From Nitrospirota bacterium (GTDB taxonomy: Bacteria; Nitrospirota; Thermodesulfovibrionia; UBA6902): a stretch of DNA of 64,000 nt. The notes below the pieces were generated by a model, which ran no database searches, was not told where the DNA came from, and saw only the letters and a program-made list of their open reading frames with translations. The DNA lies in assembly GCA_016207885.1 (NCBI GenBank), contig JACQZE010000014.1:25724-89723 (forward strand). Direction: 5' to 3'. How positions within the stretch are numbered: position 1 is the stretch's first letter; the number at the start of each line of letters is the position of its first letter. This document shows positions 53,832 through 62,969 of the stretch, one piece after another. The translations under genes were made by a program, and so were the position numbers.

Positions 53832-55331
53832 ATGGAGACAAAAAACTGGTATACGAAGAGAGATTTTTTTAAAGAGGTGCCGTTTTTTATCAAGGCGTTA
53901 TTCTTTTTTATCATTACATTCTATATCTTTTTTTATATCCAGTTCTCAGTCCCGTGGCTTGTAGGTTATGACGGCTTCTTTCACATCAAATACAGCGCTA
54001 TCCTTGCAGAAAAAGGGTTTATAGATAAGCTTCCCTGGCTTCAATATACTATCCACAAAGACGCGTACAGGGATCATCATCTGCTGTTCCACTATCTTGT
54101 AGTCCCGTTCACATATGGGAACCCTATGATCGGAGGCAAGTATGCCACAGTGCTCTTTGCATCGTTCATGGGGCTTGCCCTGTATATCCTCTTAAATTCT
54201 GCCGGAGTACGGTTGCCCTCATTGTGGAGCTTTGCCGCTATCATGTCGTCACATCCCTTTCTCTTCAGGATGTCGCTATTGAGGGTACAGAGCCTGTCGC
54301 TTGCAGCCTTACTCCTGATATTCCTTTTCTGTATGAAGAGGCAATACCTGATGATATATATCAGCTCCGTAATCTTTGTCTGGCTTTATGACGCATTCCC
54401 TCTTCTCATCATCTTTTCGCTTGTTTTCATTCTTTCAGGGTGGCTTGTAGAGAAAAGGCCGGATATTAAGATATTCCATATGACGCTTCTGGGGATAGTG
54501 ACAGGCCTTGTCGTAAACCCTTACTTTCCCGGCAATGTAACTTCAATTATCTATAATATCTCACGCACATTCCTTGAAAATCCTTCAGGAATACAGCTTG
54601 GAAGCGAATGGAAGCCTTATCAGACGTGGGATTTCGTCAGAAACTCGCTCCCTGTCTTTCTGGTATTCCCGCTGACTATCCTTTTCCTGCCTCTGGTAAA
54701 GAAAATTAAACGTGAGGAGTATGCTTCTGTCTGTCTCAGCCTGCTCTTTCTTTTTATGACTCTCAAGTCAAGGCGGTTTGTCGAATACTGGCCTGTCTTT
54801 GCATTTCTTTCCGCGTCTCTTGTGGTCGGGCGCAGGGTCTCATGGCAGTTTATTCTTGCAGGGTTTATTCTATTACTGCCTTTAATGAACTTTAATTTCA
54901 AAGAGGCTGTCAGCGAAAGCAGTACATCCACAAGCCCTGAGAGCTATTTAGGCTCGGCAAAGTGGCTCGAGAAGAACACCTCAGCGGGTGACATAGTATT
55001 TAATGCCGACTGGGATGACTTCCCGTTCCTCTTTTACTACAATGCTAAAAATTATTACATAGTGGGGCTGGATCCCATGTATCTCTATTCATATGACAAG
55101 GATAAATCAGCTCTCTACAGGAAGATAACAAAGGGGCAGAAGGATGAGACGGGTAAACTTATCATGGAGGAGTTTAACTCAAGGTATGTCTTTCTCGATA
55201 GAGACCATGATTCCTTATATGAAAGACTTTCAGAGGATCCCCTCGCAAAAAAGGTATTTGAGGACTCCGGTGGATATGTATTTAAGCTGTCTCCGGAAAA
55301 AGATGAGCCTCAAACTAAGCAGAAAAATTAG
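53832..55331 (+). CDS. Polytopic membrane protein with a C-terminal soluble domain, possible GT-C-type glycosyltransferase
   Basis: 499 aa, about 10 TM helices, with YDGFFH in the first predicted loop. The architecture parallels the next gene. No firm family motif recognised. Confidence 0.4.
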   Translation: METKNWYTKRDFFKEVPFFIKALFFFIITFYIFFYIQFSVPWLVGYDGFFHIKYSAILAEKGFIDKLPWLQYTIHKDAYRDHHLLFHYLVVPFTYGNPMIGGKYATVLFASFMGLALYILLNSAGVRLPSLWSFAAIMSSHPFLFRMSLLRVQSLSLAALLLIFLFCMKRQYLMIYISSVIFVWLYDAFPLLIIFSLVFILSGWLVEKRPDIKIFHMTLLGIVTGLVVNPYFPGNVTSIIYNISRTFLENPSGIQLGSEWKPYQTWDFVRNSLPVFLVFPLTILFLPLVKKIKREEYASVCLSLLFLFMTLKSRRFVEYWPVFAFLSASLVVGRRVSWQFILAGFILLLPLMNFNFKEAVSESSTSTSPESYLGSAKWLEKNTSAGDIVFNADWDDFPFLFYYNAKNYYIVGLDPMYLYSYDKDKSALYRKITKGQKDETGKLIMEEFNSRYVFLDRDHDSLYERLSEDPLAKKVFEDSGGYVFKLSPEKDEPQTKQKN

Positions 55332-55378
55332 GTAGCAGGAAGAATTACTAATCTGAAAAATAGATCTGCCGTTTTTCT

Positions 55379-56914
55379 ATGAACAAAGATAAAAAAAACG
55401 ACTTTATTATTATTTCCTCTTTATTCCTGCTGGTGATCATTGTCAGGCTCCCGTCTTTCTTTTATTCAGTCTTTGACTGGGACGAAAGCACATTTATACT
55501 TATGGGGCAGAGCATCCTTGACGGCAATCTGCCGTATGTTGATGCATGGGTGATGAAACCACCCGGAGCATTCTATATTTACTCACTTTTCATCTATTTT
55601 TTTGGCAAGACTATTTTTGCGGTACGGCTGGGAGGAATACTCTTTATTTTTCTTGCTTCCGTACTCTTATATATGGCCGGGGAGGCGCTTTACAATAAGG
55701 CTTCAGGGGTTATTGCCGCGGTATTTCTTATAGTCTTTGTCAGCGCAAGAAAATGGGGATTGAGCACTATGATAGAGCACCTGATGCTTGTGCCTATCTC
55801 CCTTGTATTGTTTATCGTTTTAACCAGAAAACCTGATAATAAAATGGCCCTTGTGACCGGCCTGATACTTGGTACAGGGATACTGATGAGGCAGAATATG
55901 GCCTTTGACAGCGTGGCTGTTCTGGCAGTGTTTTTAACGGGCGTTACAATGCCGGGCACAGATATTTCAGGGCGTCTAAAAAGATGCGCCTTTCTTGTAT
56001 CAGGAATCGCTATCCCCCTGTCTGCAATGGTCTTTTATTACGCTTTAAACGGGGAACTTCAGCTTTTTTTAAATACCAATATATCATCGGTAGTTGCGCA
56101 TGTCAGCGAGAACGTATTGATATCCAGAAAGTTAAGATTGCTGTTTGTAAATATCAAGCATGAGTTTACAGGCGGCTATATGCTTTTCTGGATCTTTTTC
56201 GCGAACGCAATTTTGTTCCTGTTGTTTTCTCCGGGGAGCGGGGTTCTCAAGAGGCCTGCGGCTGCTATGCTGATAATCTTTTCTGCTCAGATATTTTCGA
56301 TCTTTTATACCGGGACTAATTTTGGTTATCACTATCTTATTATGGTCATACCTGTAACAGCTTTAGTCTGCGGGATCTCCATACCCTTGTGGCTCTCAAG
56401 CGAAGCGGGAAAAAGAAAGGCAGTAAAATTTGCTGCTGTTTTTCTTATTGCATCCGGACTTGTCTTGCCATTGCATAAAGAAATTTACCCTCTTTACAGT
56501 GATGTTTTTTCAAAAGTCATGCTTCGTGAACCGTTACAGGATGATACCTGCTATGAGATCGCTGAATATCTCAAAAAAGAGTATGTCAAAGGTAAATATA
56601 TTTATATGCTTAACAACTGTCATATAGTCTATTTTTTGACAGACAGTAAATACCCAACAAGGTATATTCATCCAACCGACATCATAAAATATGATTATAT
56701 GCTGAAGGCGGTAGACGGCACTGAAGCCACGGATGAGAAAGAACTGCAGAAGATACTCTTGAAAAATCCGGAATTTATCGTCTATAAGGATGGTAGCTGG
56801 CCGACTCCGGATGACAGCTTCAGGGAGATGCTTTTTATTGAGCTGGAGAAACAATACAGGTTGGTAAAGGTGATCAGTGATGATCATTCTATTTACAAGA
56901 GGAAGCGTTCTTAA
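55379..56914 (+). CDS. GT-C fold glycosyltransferase, ArnT/PMT_2 (GT39/GT83)-like
   Basis: 511 aa. The first loop reads FDWDESTFILMGQSILDGNLPYVDAWVMKPPG, typical of ArnT/PMT_2-type enzymes. It has multiple TM helices and a C-terminal soluble domain. Confidence 0.6.
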   Translation: MNKDKKNDFIIISSLFLLVIIVRLPSFFYSVFDWDESTFILMGQSILDGNLPYVDAWVMKPPGAFYIYSLFIYFFGKTIFAVRLGGILFIFLASVLLYMAGEALYNKASGVIAAVFLIVFVSARKWGLSTMIEHLMLVPISLVLFIVLTRKPDNKMALVTGLILGTGILMRQNMAFDSVAVLAVFLTGVTMPGTDISGRLKRCAFLVSGIAIPLSAMVFYYALNGELQLFLNTNISSVVAHVSENVLISRKLRLLFVNIKHEFTGGYMLFWIFFANAILFLLFSPGSGVLKRPAAAMLIIFSAQIFSIFYTGTNFGYHYLIMVIPVTALVCGISIPLWLSSEAGKRKAVKFAAVFLIASGLVLPLHKEIYPLYSDVFSKVMLREPLQDDTCYEIAEYLKKEYVKGKYIYMLNNCHIVYFLTDSKYPTRYIHPTDIIKYDYMLKAVDGTEATDEKELQKILLKNPEFIVYKDGSWPTPDDSFREMLFIELEKQYRLVKVISDDHSIYKRKRS

Positions 56915-57016
56915 TCGTTAAGGTTCTCACTTAGGGATTTTTTAAGTAATCATAAGAAGCAGTCATATGTCAGAAAACAGCCGCCTGATTTATTTATAAC
57001 ATATGGAATTTATTGA

Positions 57017-57029
57017 TTAGCCTCTTGAC
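57017..57029 (+). promoter_or_regulatory. Weaker TTAG-N4-TTGAC motif (ttagcctcttgac) upstream of the assembly operon
   Basis: TTGACA (57025-57030), a 17-nt spacer, then CATAAT (57048-57053), about 140 nt upstream of the 57192 gene. Confidence 0.4.
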
Positions 57030-57191
57030 ATACTTCATTATTTAAGACATAATTTTTGTAATTAACACAATAACCTATATATATATTTAGTATCATATAG
57101 AGAAGTTATTTGTTTTGTCATTAAATATGAATTATAATTTTAATTAATTGCTGCGGATATTATTTATTAGTTCTTCTTTCTGAGGGGATTT

Positions 57192-58541
57192 ATGGGAAAA
57201 AATGTGATAGTCAGCTTTGAGGGAGACATTGTCAAGGTTGCCTATATCTCAACAAAGGGTAAGCAGATTGTTGTTAATGACGCCCTCACATGCAAGAAAG
57301 AGGATTTTGACAGCTTTCTCGAAAAAGAGAAGGCTAAAGAGTTTATAGTTGTAAATAACTTCAAAGACGCATTTCAGGACATATTTCTTATCCCGCCTGT
57401 AAAAGCCAAGTACGCGAAGAGCCTTATCGAATCCGAGATCAAACAGAAATCCCCTTTTGAGGACTTCACCTATACCTACAGGGTTGTTGGTGAAAAGCTT
57501 GAAGGGAACAGAAAGATGCAGGAAATATCGGTCTATGTTGTCAAGACTGAAGATGTAAAGAATATTACAGAGAGATTTATCGAGAAGGGTAAGCTGGTCA
57601 AGGCTGTTTTCCCTCATATCTATGCGGTTGCATCTGAAATGCATTTTGATGATGAGAGCGTTTTATGTGTATCTGAATCCGGACAGAGCAGGGTGCTTTT
57701 TTTAATAAAGAACGGCAAAATAGAGTTTGTCAGGTCTGTGCAGGCAAGTGAAAATGGTATAAGTGATGCTGATATACAGAGTATTAATGTAACCGTAAAC
57801 TACTGCAAACAGGTTCTTAAGGCCAGTCCCTCTTATATAGTCCTGGTAGGTAATCTTTGCGGAAATTATAATGCGACTACGCAGATAGATATCCCCATTG
57901 TATGCCCTCTTAAACCCAAAAACCTGAAAGTTCAAAATGATATCTATCTTGATTTTATTTTTGCCATATCAGCACGCAGCGCTTTAAAAGAAGCAAACGT
58001 CTCCCCTAAAGACTATAAGTCGTTTTATTCAACATGGAAATTATTCCAGTATTCTACTGTCGCCTTCATCATTATTTCACTCGCAGGCGGGCTCTATGCA
58101 AGTTACGGGATTTTTAATGTTTTGAGTTCAAGAGGGAAAATGAGCTCTTTAAAAAAAGAGATCACAGGCATGGATAAAAATACTTTAACCATGTATAACA
58201 AGAGAAAAACTGAATTTGAAAGCTATAAGGGATTTATTGAATCAAGCAGCAAGACTGCCGCAATGCCTGTAATTAAAAATTTTTTAACCTCCTTTGCTGA
58301 TGCAAATACGAAGAACGTAAGTATCGGCACCATTACTATGAAGATAAACGGCGACACACTGAATGTAAGCATTTCAGGGCTTGTAAATGAAGCTGAAGAT
58401 GATGGAAAAGAGGGTTTTCAGAAATACACCTATTATCAGGAGTTCATAGACTCGGTAACAAAGTTAAACGGTATCTCAATAATAAAACATGAGCTGACCC
58501 CCAAGCAGAGGGATTTCATAATTGAGCTGGAGTCTAAATGA
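57192..58541 (+). CDS. Fused PilM-PilN-like (MshI-like) pilus assembly protein
   Basis: 449 aa: a cytoplasmic region of about 290 aa, one TM (YSTVAFIIISLAGGLYASYGIF), and a periplasmic tail. It is first in an I-J-K-L(secretin) order. Confidence 0.5.
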   Translation: MGKNVIVSFEGDIVKVAYISTKGKQIVVNDALTCKKEDFDSFLEKEKAKEFIVVNNFKDAFQDIFLIPPVKAKYAKSLIESEIKQKSPFEDFTYTYRVVGEKLEGNRKMQEISVYVVKTEDVKNITERFIEKGKLVKAVFPHIYAVASEMHFDDESVLCVSESGQSRVLFLIKNGKIEFVRSVQASENGISDADIQSINVTVNYCKQVLKASPSYIVLVGNLCGNYNATTQIDIPIVCPLKPKNLKVQNDIYLDFIFAISARSALKEANVSPKDYKSFYSTWKLFQYSTVAFIIISLAGGLYASYGIFNVLSSRGKMSSLKKEITGMDKNTLTMYNKRKTEFESYKGFIESSSKTAAMPVIKNFLTSFADANTKNVSIGTITMKINGDTLNVSISGLVNEAEDDGKEGFQKYTYYQEFIDSVTKLNGISIIKHELTPKQRDFIIELESK

Positions 58542-59092
58542 TGTTTTACAATGAATTAAAAAAGGCGGTATTGAAGCACCTCATCGGAGGAATAGCATTT
58601 GCTGTTGTTCTTTTCGTGATCATATTTTCCGGCAGATATAGCGAGAGCCTGGTGAGCACAGTTAAACAGTTTGAGAAACAAAAGGAAAACTATAAGAAGA
58701 TGAGCGAGTCTGTGGCTGAGCTTGAGAAGGTAATGGGCCAGATAGACGCAATGGTACCGGCAGACTATTATGATAAGGGTAACCGTGAATTTATTCTTCT
58801 TGCCATCGGCAGTATAAAATCCAAACTGCGATATGCAGAAGTGAAGATAGAAGACTTCAGGGAAGAAGGCGGTGAAGTTTCAATGCCTATGGAGATTCAT
58901 TTTCCTGTCGACGACTATACGGTCATGACAGAAAGTATAGCGTATATTCAGTCCTTCAAGTTTCCTTATTTTATTTTTGATGGTATAGATGTTGCGAGAT
59001 CAAAAGACAACTCTGAGATAACCTGTAATATTAAGGGTTCAATGAGGATGCCTGCCGGAAGGTTAAGTAAACGTTCGGGTGAGAGTGAATAA
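58538..59092 (+). CDS. PilO/MshJ-like assembly protein
   Basis: 184 aa with an N-terminal TM, a coiled-coil segment and a globular tail. It overlaps the upstream gene by 4 bp. Confidence 0.45.
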   Translation: MMFYNELKKAVLKHLIGGIAFAVVLFVIIFSGRYSESLVSTVKQFEKQKENYKKMSESVAELEKVMGQIDAMVPADYYDKGNREFILLAIGSIKSKLRYAEVKIEDFREEGGEVSMPMEIHFPVDDYTVMTESIAYIQSFKFPYFIFDGIDVARSKDNSEITCNIKGSMRMPAGRLSKRSGESE

Positions 59093-59576
59093 TATGGGAT
59101 TTACCTTGAAATTAAAACTGCTGGCTCTTTTGCCTTTTATTTTAATAATTGCTGCGGGCTATGCGGCGTATAAGATCGATGTTGAGTATAAAATGACTCC
59201 GGAAGATAAGGAGATACTCGGGTTTGAGGTCACAAAAGTGAGCCTTCCTGAAAGAAAGGTAGTTACAGACAAGACTTTGGCAATGCCTACCTTGATTGAG
59301 AAAGTCATGGGTTACAGGGAGGCCGTTCCATCTGAAGAGGACAAGAAGAAGGCTTCTGAGCAGGTTCAGCTTGTTGTTACGATGATCATTGTCAGTGATA
59401 AAGGGAACATGGCAATAATAAACGGCACGGTGGTAAGGGAAGGGGATATCGTCGCCAATCAAACGATACTTCAGATAGAGGCCGACAAGATCTTAGTCGA
59501 ATATGCTTTAGCACCCGGGGATAAGGGCAAAACCAAGACTAACACTAAGGGGACAAAATGGGTAAATCTACTATGA
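59079..59576 (+). CDS. MshK/PilP/GspB-like small periplasmic assembly protein
   Basis: 165 aa with an N-terminal anchor and a C-terminal AIINGTVVREGDIV...ILQIEADKILVEY pattern, typical of this class. It lies immediately upstream of the secretin. Confidence 0.45.
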   Translation: MRVNNMGFTLKLKLLALLPFILIIAAGYAAYKIDVEYKMTPEDKEILGFEVTKVSLPERKVVTDKTLAMPTLIEKVMGYREAVPSEEDKKKASEQVQLVVTMIIVSDKGNMAIINGTVVREGDIVANQTILQIEADKILVEYALAPGDKGKTKTNTKGTKWVNLL

Positions 59577-61204
59577 AAACAATAAAAAGGGTGAAAATTA
59601 TGTATCGGCTTTTTTCCATGTTTCTAACATTGTTTTTATTAGCCTTTGCTGTTACAGGCCTTATAAATGAGGCATCAGCGGCGCAGAATGATGCTGCATC
59701 TGATGAAGCATCAGGCGTTCTTGTTTCAGAAGTTCCTGATGTGCGTATTGAAAAGGCGGACACAGTAAAGTTTGAGAAGGAAACCTCAAGGTCAAGCCTT
59801 GCGTTTACCCCGGTCACTGAGGAACTTTTGCCGCTTAAGACGAGGATCATTTCCATTTCAGTGAGAAATGCGCCGCTTAAAGATGTTCTTTTCGCAGTCG
59901 GTGAAAACACCGGGTTGAATATAATTATGGAAACCGGTGTAAACCCTGAACTGCCCATGACCATAACACTGAAGGAAGTTGCCGCTGATGAGGCTCTTGA
60001 TATTATATTCTCATCCCTTGATTATTTTTATGATCTGGAAGGCAATGTTCTCATAGTGAGAGTTATGGCCACGAGGATGTTTGAATTCGGCCATCCCAGT
60101 ATCTCACAGGAATATTCATCTGATGTCGGCGGAGATCTCTTCGGCGCGACTGAGGACATAAGCAACATAAAAGGCGGTGTTAAACAAAATATCAAAGCGG
60201 ATGGTGTAGCGTTAAACCTGTGGGATTCTCTGGAGTCAACGCTTAAAGGTATTGTTGGAACCGGTATGATTCCCGGTACGATTGATATAAATAGAATGTC
60301 AGGGACGATACTTGTAACCGCCACAAAGAAGAATATGATAAAAGTTGATAATTATCTTACTAAACTTAAGGAAGTCCTGGGCAGGCGCGTTCTTGTTGAG
60401 GCAAGGATAGTGGAGGTTACACTGGCAGATAATCTTAAGTACGGAATTAATTGGGCATTTCTTGATAATCTCAAGGGAGTCGGGCAGGTTGTTTCAGGCG
60501 CCATGAACTTTAATAACAAATTGGTTTCTGCTACAATTGACCCTTTAACAGGCGAAGCAGATTTCTCTTTGGATCCGGCACAAGATTCCGGTTTCTTTGT
60601 GGCTACATTAGGAAATGATTTTGCTGCTATTATTAGCGCTCTTGATGAGCAGGGTGACACGACAGTGCTGTCAAATCCGAGGCTCGGCATAATGAATGGA
60701 CAGACAGCCCTTCTGAATGTCGGAAGGAAGACCGATTATGTAAGCGAAGTTGATGCAACTACAACTGAGACTACTACTACTCCCCCAACTACAAAAACCA
60801 CATTTGATGTTACTACAAAGAGTATATTATCAGGAGTTATGCTGGGTATAGTCCCTAATATCAATGAGAATGGTGAGGTGACATTGACTATAACTCCGAT
60901 AGTTTCTGATCTTGTAGAATTACTTGAACAGCCTTTTGGCAGTACAAATACGGGTAGTGAATTTACAATATCTTTACCAGTTATCGACCTTAAGGAACTA
61001 AGCACAGTTGTCAAGGTCAGGGATGGCGAGATGATAGTGCTTGGCGGGCATATAGACAGAACCGAAGGAGTGGAGGATAAGCAGGTGCCGTTTCTCGGGG
61101 ATATTCCTTACTTGGGCTACCTGTTTAAACAGCATGCAAAGACCCATGAGAGCAAGGAGCTTGTGATACTTCTTAAAGCAACTGTGGATAAGGTAGGTTT
61201 GTAA
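59558..61204 (+). CDS. Secretin (MshL/PilQ type)
   Basis: 548 aa with a signal peptide. The secretin core is LSNPRLGIMNGQTALLNVG ... VPFLGDIPYLGYLFK ... ELVILLKATV. The true start is probably ATG 59573 or 59600. Confidence 0.85.
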   Translation: MGKSTMKTIKRVKIMYRLFSMFLTLFLLAFAVTGLINEASAAQNDAASDEASGVLVSEVPDVRIEKADTVKFEKETSRSSLAFTPVTEELLPLKTRIISISVRNAPLKDVLFAVGENTGLNIIMETGVNPELPMTITLKEVAADEALDIIFSSLDYFYDLEGNVLIVRVMATRMFEFGHPSISQEYSSDVGGDLFGATEDISNIKGGVKQNIKADGVALNLWDSLESTLKGIVGTGMIPGTIDINRMSGTILVTATKKNMIKVDNYLTKLKEVLGRRVLVEARIVEVTLADNLKYGINWAFLDNLKGVGQVVSGAMNFNNKLVSATIDPLTGEADFSLDPAQDSGFFVATLGNDFAAIISALDEQGDTTVLSNPRLGIMNGQTALLNVGRKTDYVSEVDATTTETTTTPPTTKTTFDVTTKSILSGVMLGIVPNINENGEVTLTITPIVSDLVELLEQPFGSTNTGSEFTISLPVIDLKELSTVVKVRDGEMIVLGGHIDRTEGVEDKQVPFLGDIPYLGYLFKQHAKTHESKELVILLKATVDKVGL

Positions 61205-61216
61205 AACGACTATAAT

Positions 61217-62869
61217 ATGCCTCCATTAAAACTTGGTGAACTATTACAGCAGAAAGGCCTTCTCAAAGACTCCCAGTTTAAAATAGCTCTAGCCGAGCAG
61301 GCTATAACAGGTGAGCGTCTGGGAGAGGCTATAATAACTCTTGGATTTGTATCATCTGCCGATATAGCCCAGTGTCTTGCTGAACAGGCAGGCATCCCCT
61401 TTCTCGATATCACCGGATATAACATCTCCGAGAATGTGCTGCGAATTGTGCATCGCGAGATGGCTCAGAATATGAGCTTTATTCCACTCAGTATCGATGA
61501 CGGTGTTCTTACCATAGGCATTACCGATCCTGAAAACCTCCATGCAATTGATAAAGCTGCAAACATCAGCAATAAACCGCCAAAGGTCTATATGGTAGAT
61601 ACAGACCTTTTTCAGGAGACGCTCGAAAAAGCATATTACTTTCTTGAGAACCCGATTCTTCAAGGTATATCCAGGTTGATAAACATATTGAGGCATGAAG
61701 TTTCTCCAGAAGGCAGTAATATATCGTCGCTTCTTGACTATGTTATGCAGGATGCTATCAGAAGAAATGCCAGCGATATTCATATTACCCCGTCACAGAA
61801 GACAATTCATGTTTACTACCGTATTGATGGTGTCCTTCAGTACGGCCATTGCCTGCCTCTAAATGTGCGGCAGGGGATCATTTCCAGGGTCAAGATTCTG
61901 GCAAAACTTGATATTGCCGAGCAGAGAGTTCCGCAGTTCGGGCTTTTTTCATTTACTTTTCTCAAGAGGGAATATAACATGCGTGTCTCTACTATCCCCA
62001 CTATTTATGGAGAGGACATCTCACTGAGGGTTCTGATAAGATCAGGATTTTTATTCAGAATAACTAATCTCGGTTATTATGAAGATGATGTTCAGAGGGT
62101 GAAGTCCCTTTTCTTAAAACCCCATGGCCTTATTATAGTTTCCGGGCCGACAGGGGGGGGGAAAACCACTACGCTTTTTGCCGCATTAAGGGAAATGGAT
62201 CTCATAGAAAAGAATGTCCTTTCTGTGGAGGATCAGATAGAATACAGACTGAGTATGATCAAGCAGACAGAGGTCTCGGAAAAGGTGGGATACACCTATG
62301 ACCTGGCAGGAAAAAGTTTTTTGAGGCATGACCCGGATGTCATCCTTGTTGGTGAGATAGTTGATGATGAGACGGCAAAAATGGCGGTTAGCGCATCCAG
62401 CACAGGCCATCTTGTTTTAAGCACTCTTCATACTAATGACGCCGCAAGCTCAATTCCAAGGCTATGCGGCTTCAACGTGGATAAAAATAATATTGCAGCA
62501 ACTTTGATCGCTGTCATAGGGCAGAGGCTCGTGAGAAAGATATGTAATAATTGTAAAACAAGCTACTCTTTGAAACCCGGGGAACTCAGCGCCATGGGTT
62601 TCCCCGATATTGAAGGAAAGATAACGACTGCTTTTAAAGGCTCCGGATGTTCTTTATGCAATAATTCGGGTTATATGGGCAGGACCCTGATTGGCGAGAT
62701 ACTTATCGTTGATGATGAAATGAAGGTGCTGATAAGTTCCGGGGCTGCGGTAACAGAGCTGAGAATTAAGGCAAAAGAGAATGGTTTAAAGACTATCAGG
62801 GACAATGGCATCAGAAAGGCTGAGGAAGGGATAACTACTTTTTCAGAAGTATTAAGGGTCACAGGTTAG
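61217..62869 (+). CDS. GspE/PilB/MshE-family secretion ATPase with an N-terminal MshEN (c-di-GMP-binding type) domain, paralogue 1
   Basis: 550 aa. Two 24-residue RLGxxLLxxGLLxxxxLxxxLxxQ-type motifs are separated by 5 residues (KLGELLQQKGLLKDSQFKIALAEQ-AITGE-RLGEAIITLGFVSSADIAQCLAEQ). Also present: Walker A GPTGGGKTT, a His box STLHTND, and a tetra-Cys CNNC...CSLC. Variant motifs are EDQIEY and GEIVDDET. Confidence 0.85.
   Translation: MPPLKLGELLQQKGLLKDSQFKIALAEQAITGERLGEAIITLGFVSSADIAQCLAEQAGIPFLDITGYNISENVLRIVHREMAQNMSFIPLSIDDGVLTIGITDPENLHAIDKAANISNKPPKVYMVDTDLFQETLEKAYYFLENPILQGISRLINILRHEVSPEGSNISSLLDYVMQDAIRRNASDIHITPSQKTIHVYYRIDGVLQYGHCLPLNVRQGIISRVKILAKLDIAEQRVPQFGLFSFTFLKREYNMRVSTIPTIYGEDISLRVLIRSGFLFRITNLGYYEDDVQRVKSLFLKPHGLIIVSGPTGGGKTTTLFAALREMDLIEKNVLSVEDQIEYRLSMIKQTEVSEKVGYTYDLAGKSFLRHDPDVILVGEIVDDETAKMAVSASSTGHLVLSTLHTNDAASSIPRLCGFNVDKNNIAATLIAVIGQRLVRKICNNCKTSYSLKPGELSAMGFPDIEGKITTAFKGSGCSLCNNSGYMGRTLIGEILIVDDEMKVLISSGAAVTELRIKAKENGLKTIRDNGIRKAEEGITTFSEVLRVTG
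62153..62161 (+). repeat. G9 homopolymer encoding the Gly triplet of the Walker A loop of ATPase 1
   Basis: ca-ggggggggg-aaaacc read directly. Codons are ACA GGG GGG GGG AAA ACC (TGGGKT). Confidence 0.95.
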
Positions 62870-62969
62870 TTAACATAAGATGCGATTATTTTTTTCTCTT
62901 TTTGAAGCCAGACAAGCTGTTTTCAATATCATCAGAATTTATTATTTCTTCTAAAGGCCTAAAGATAAT

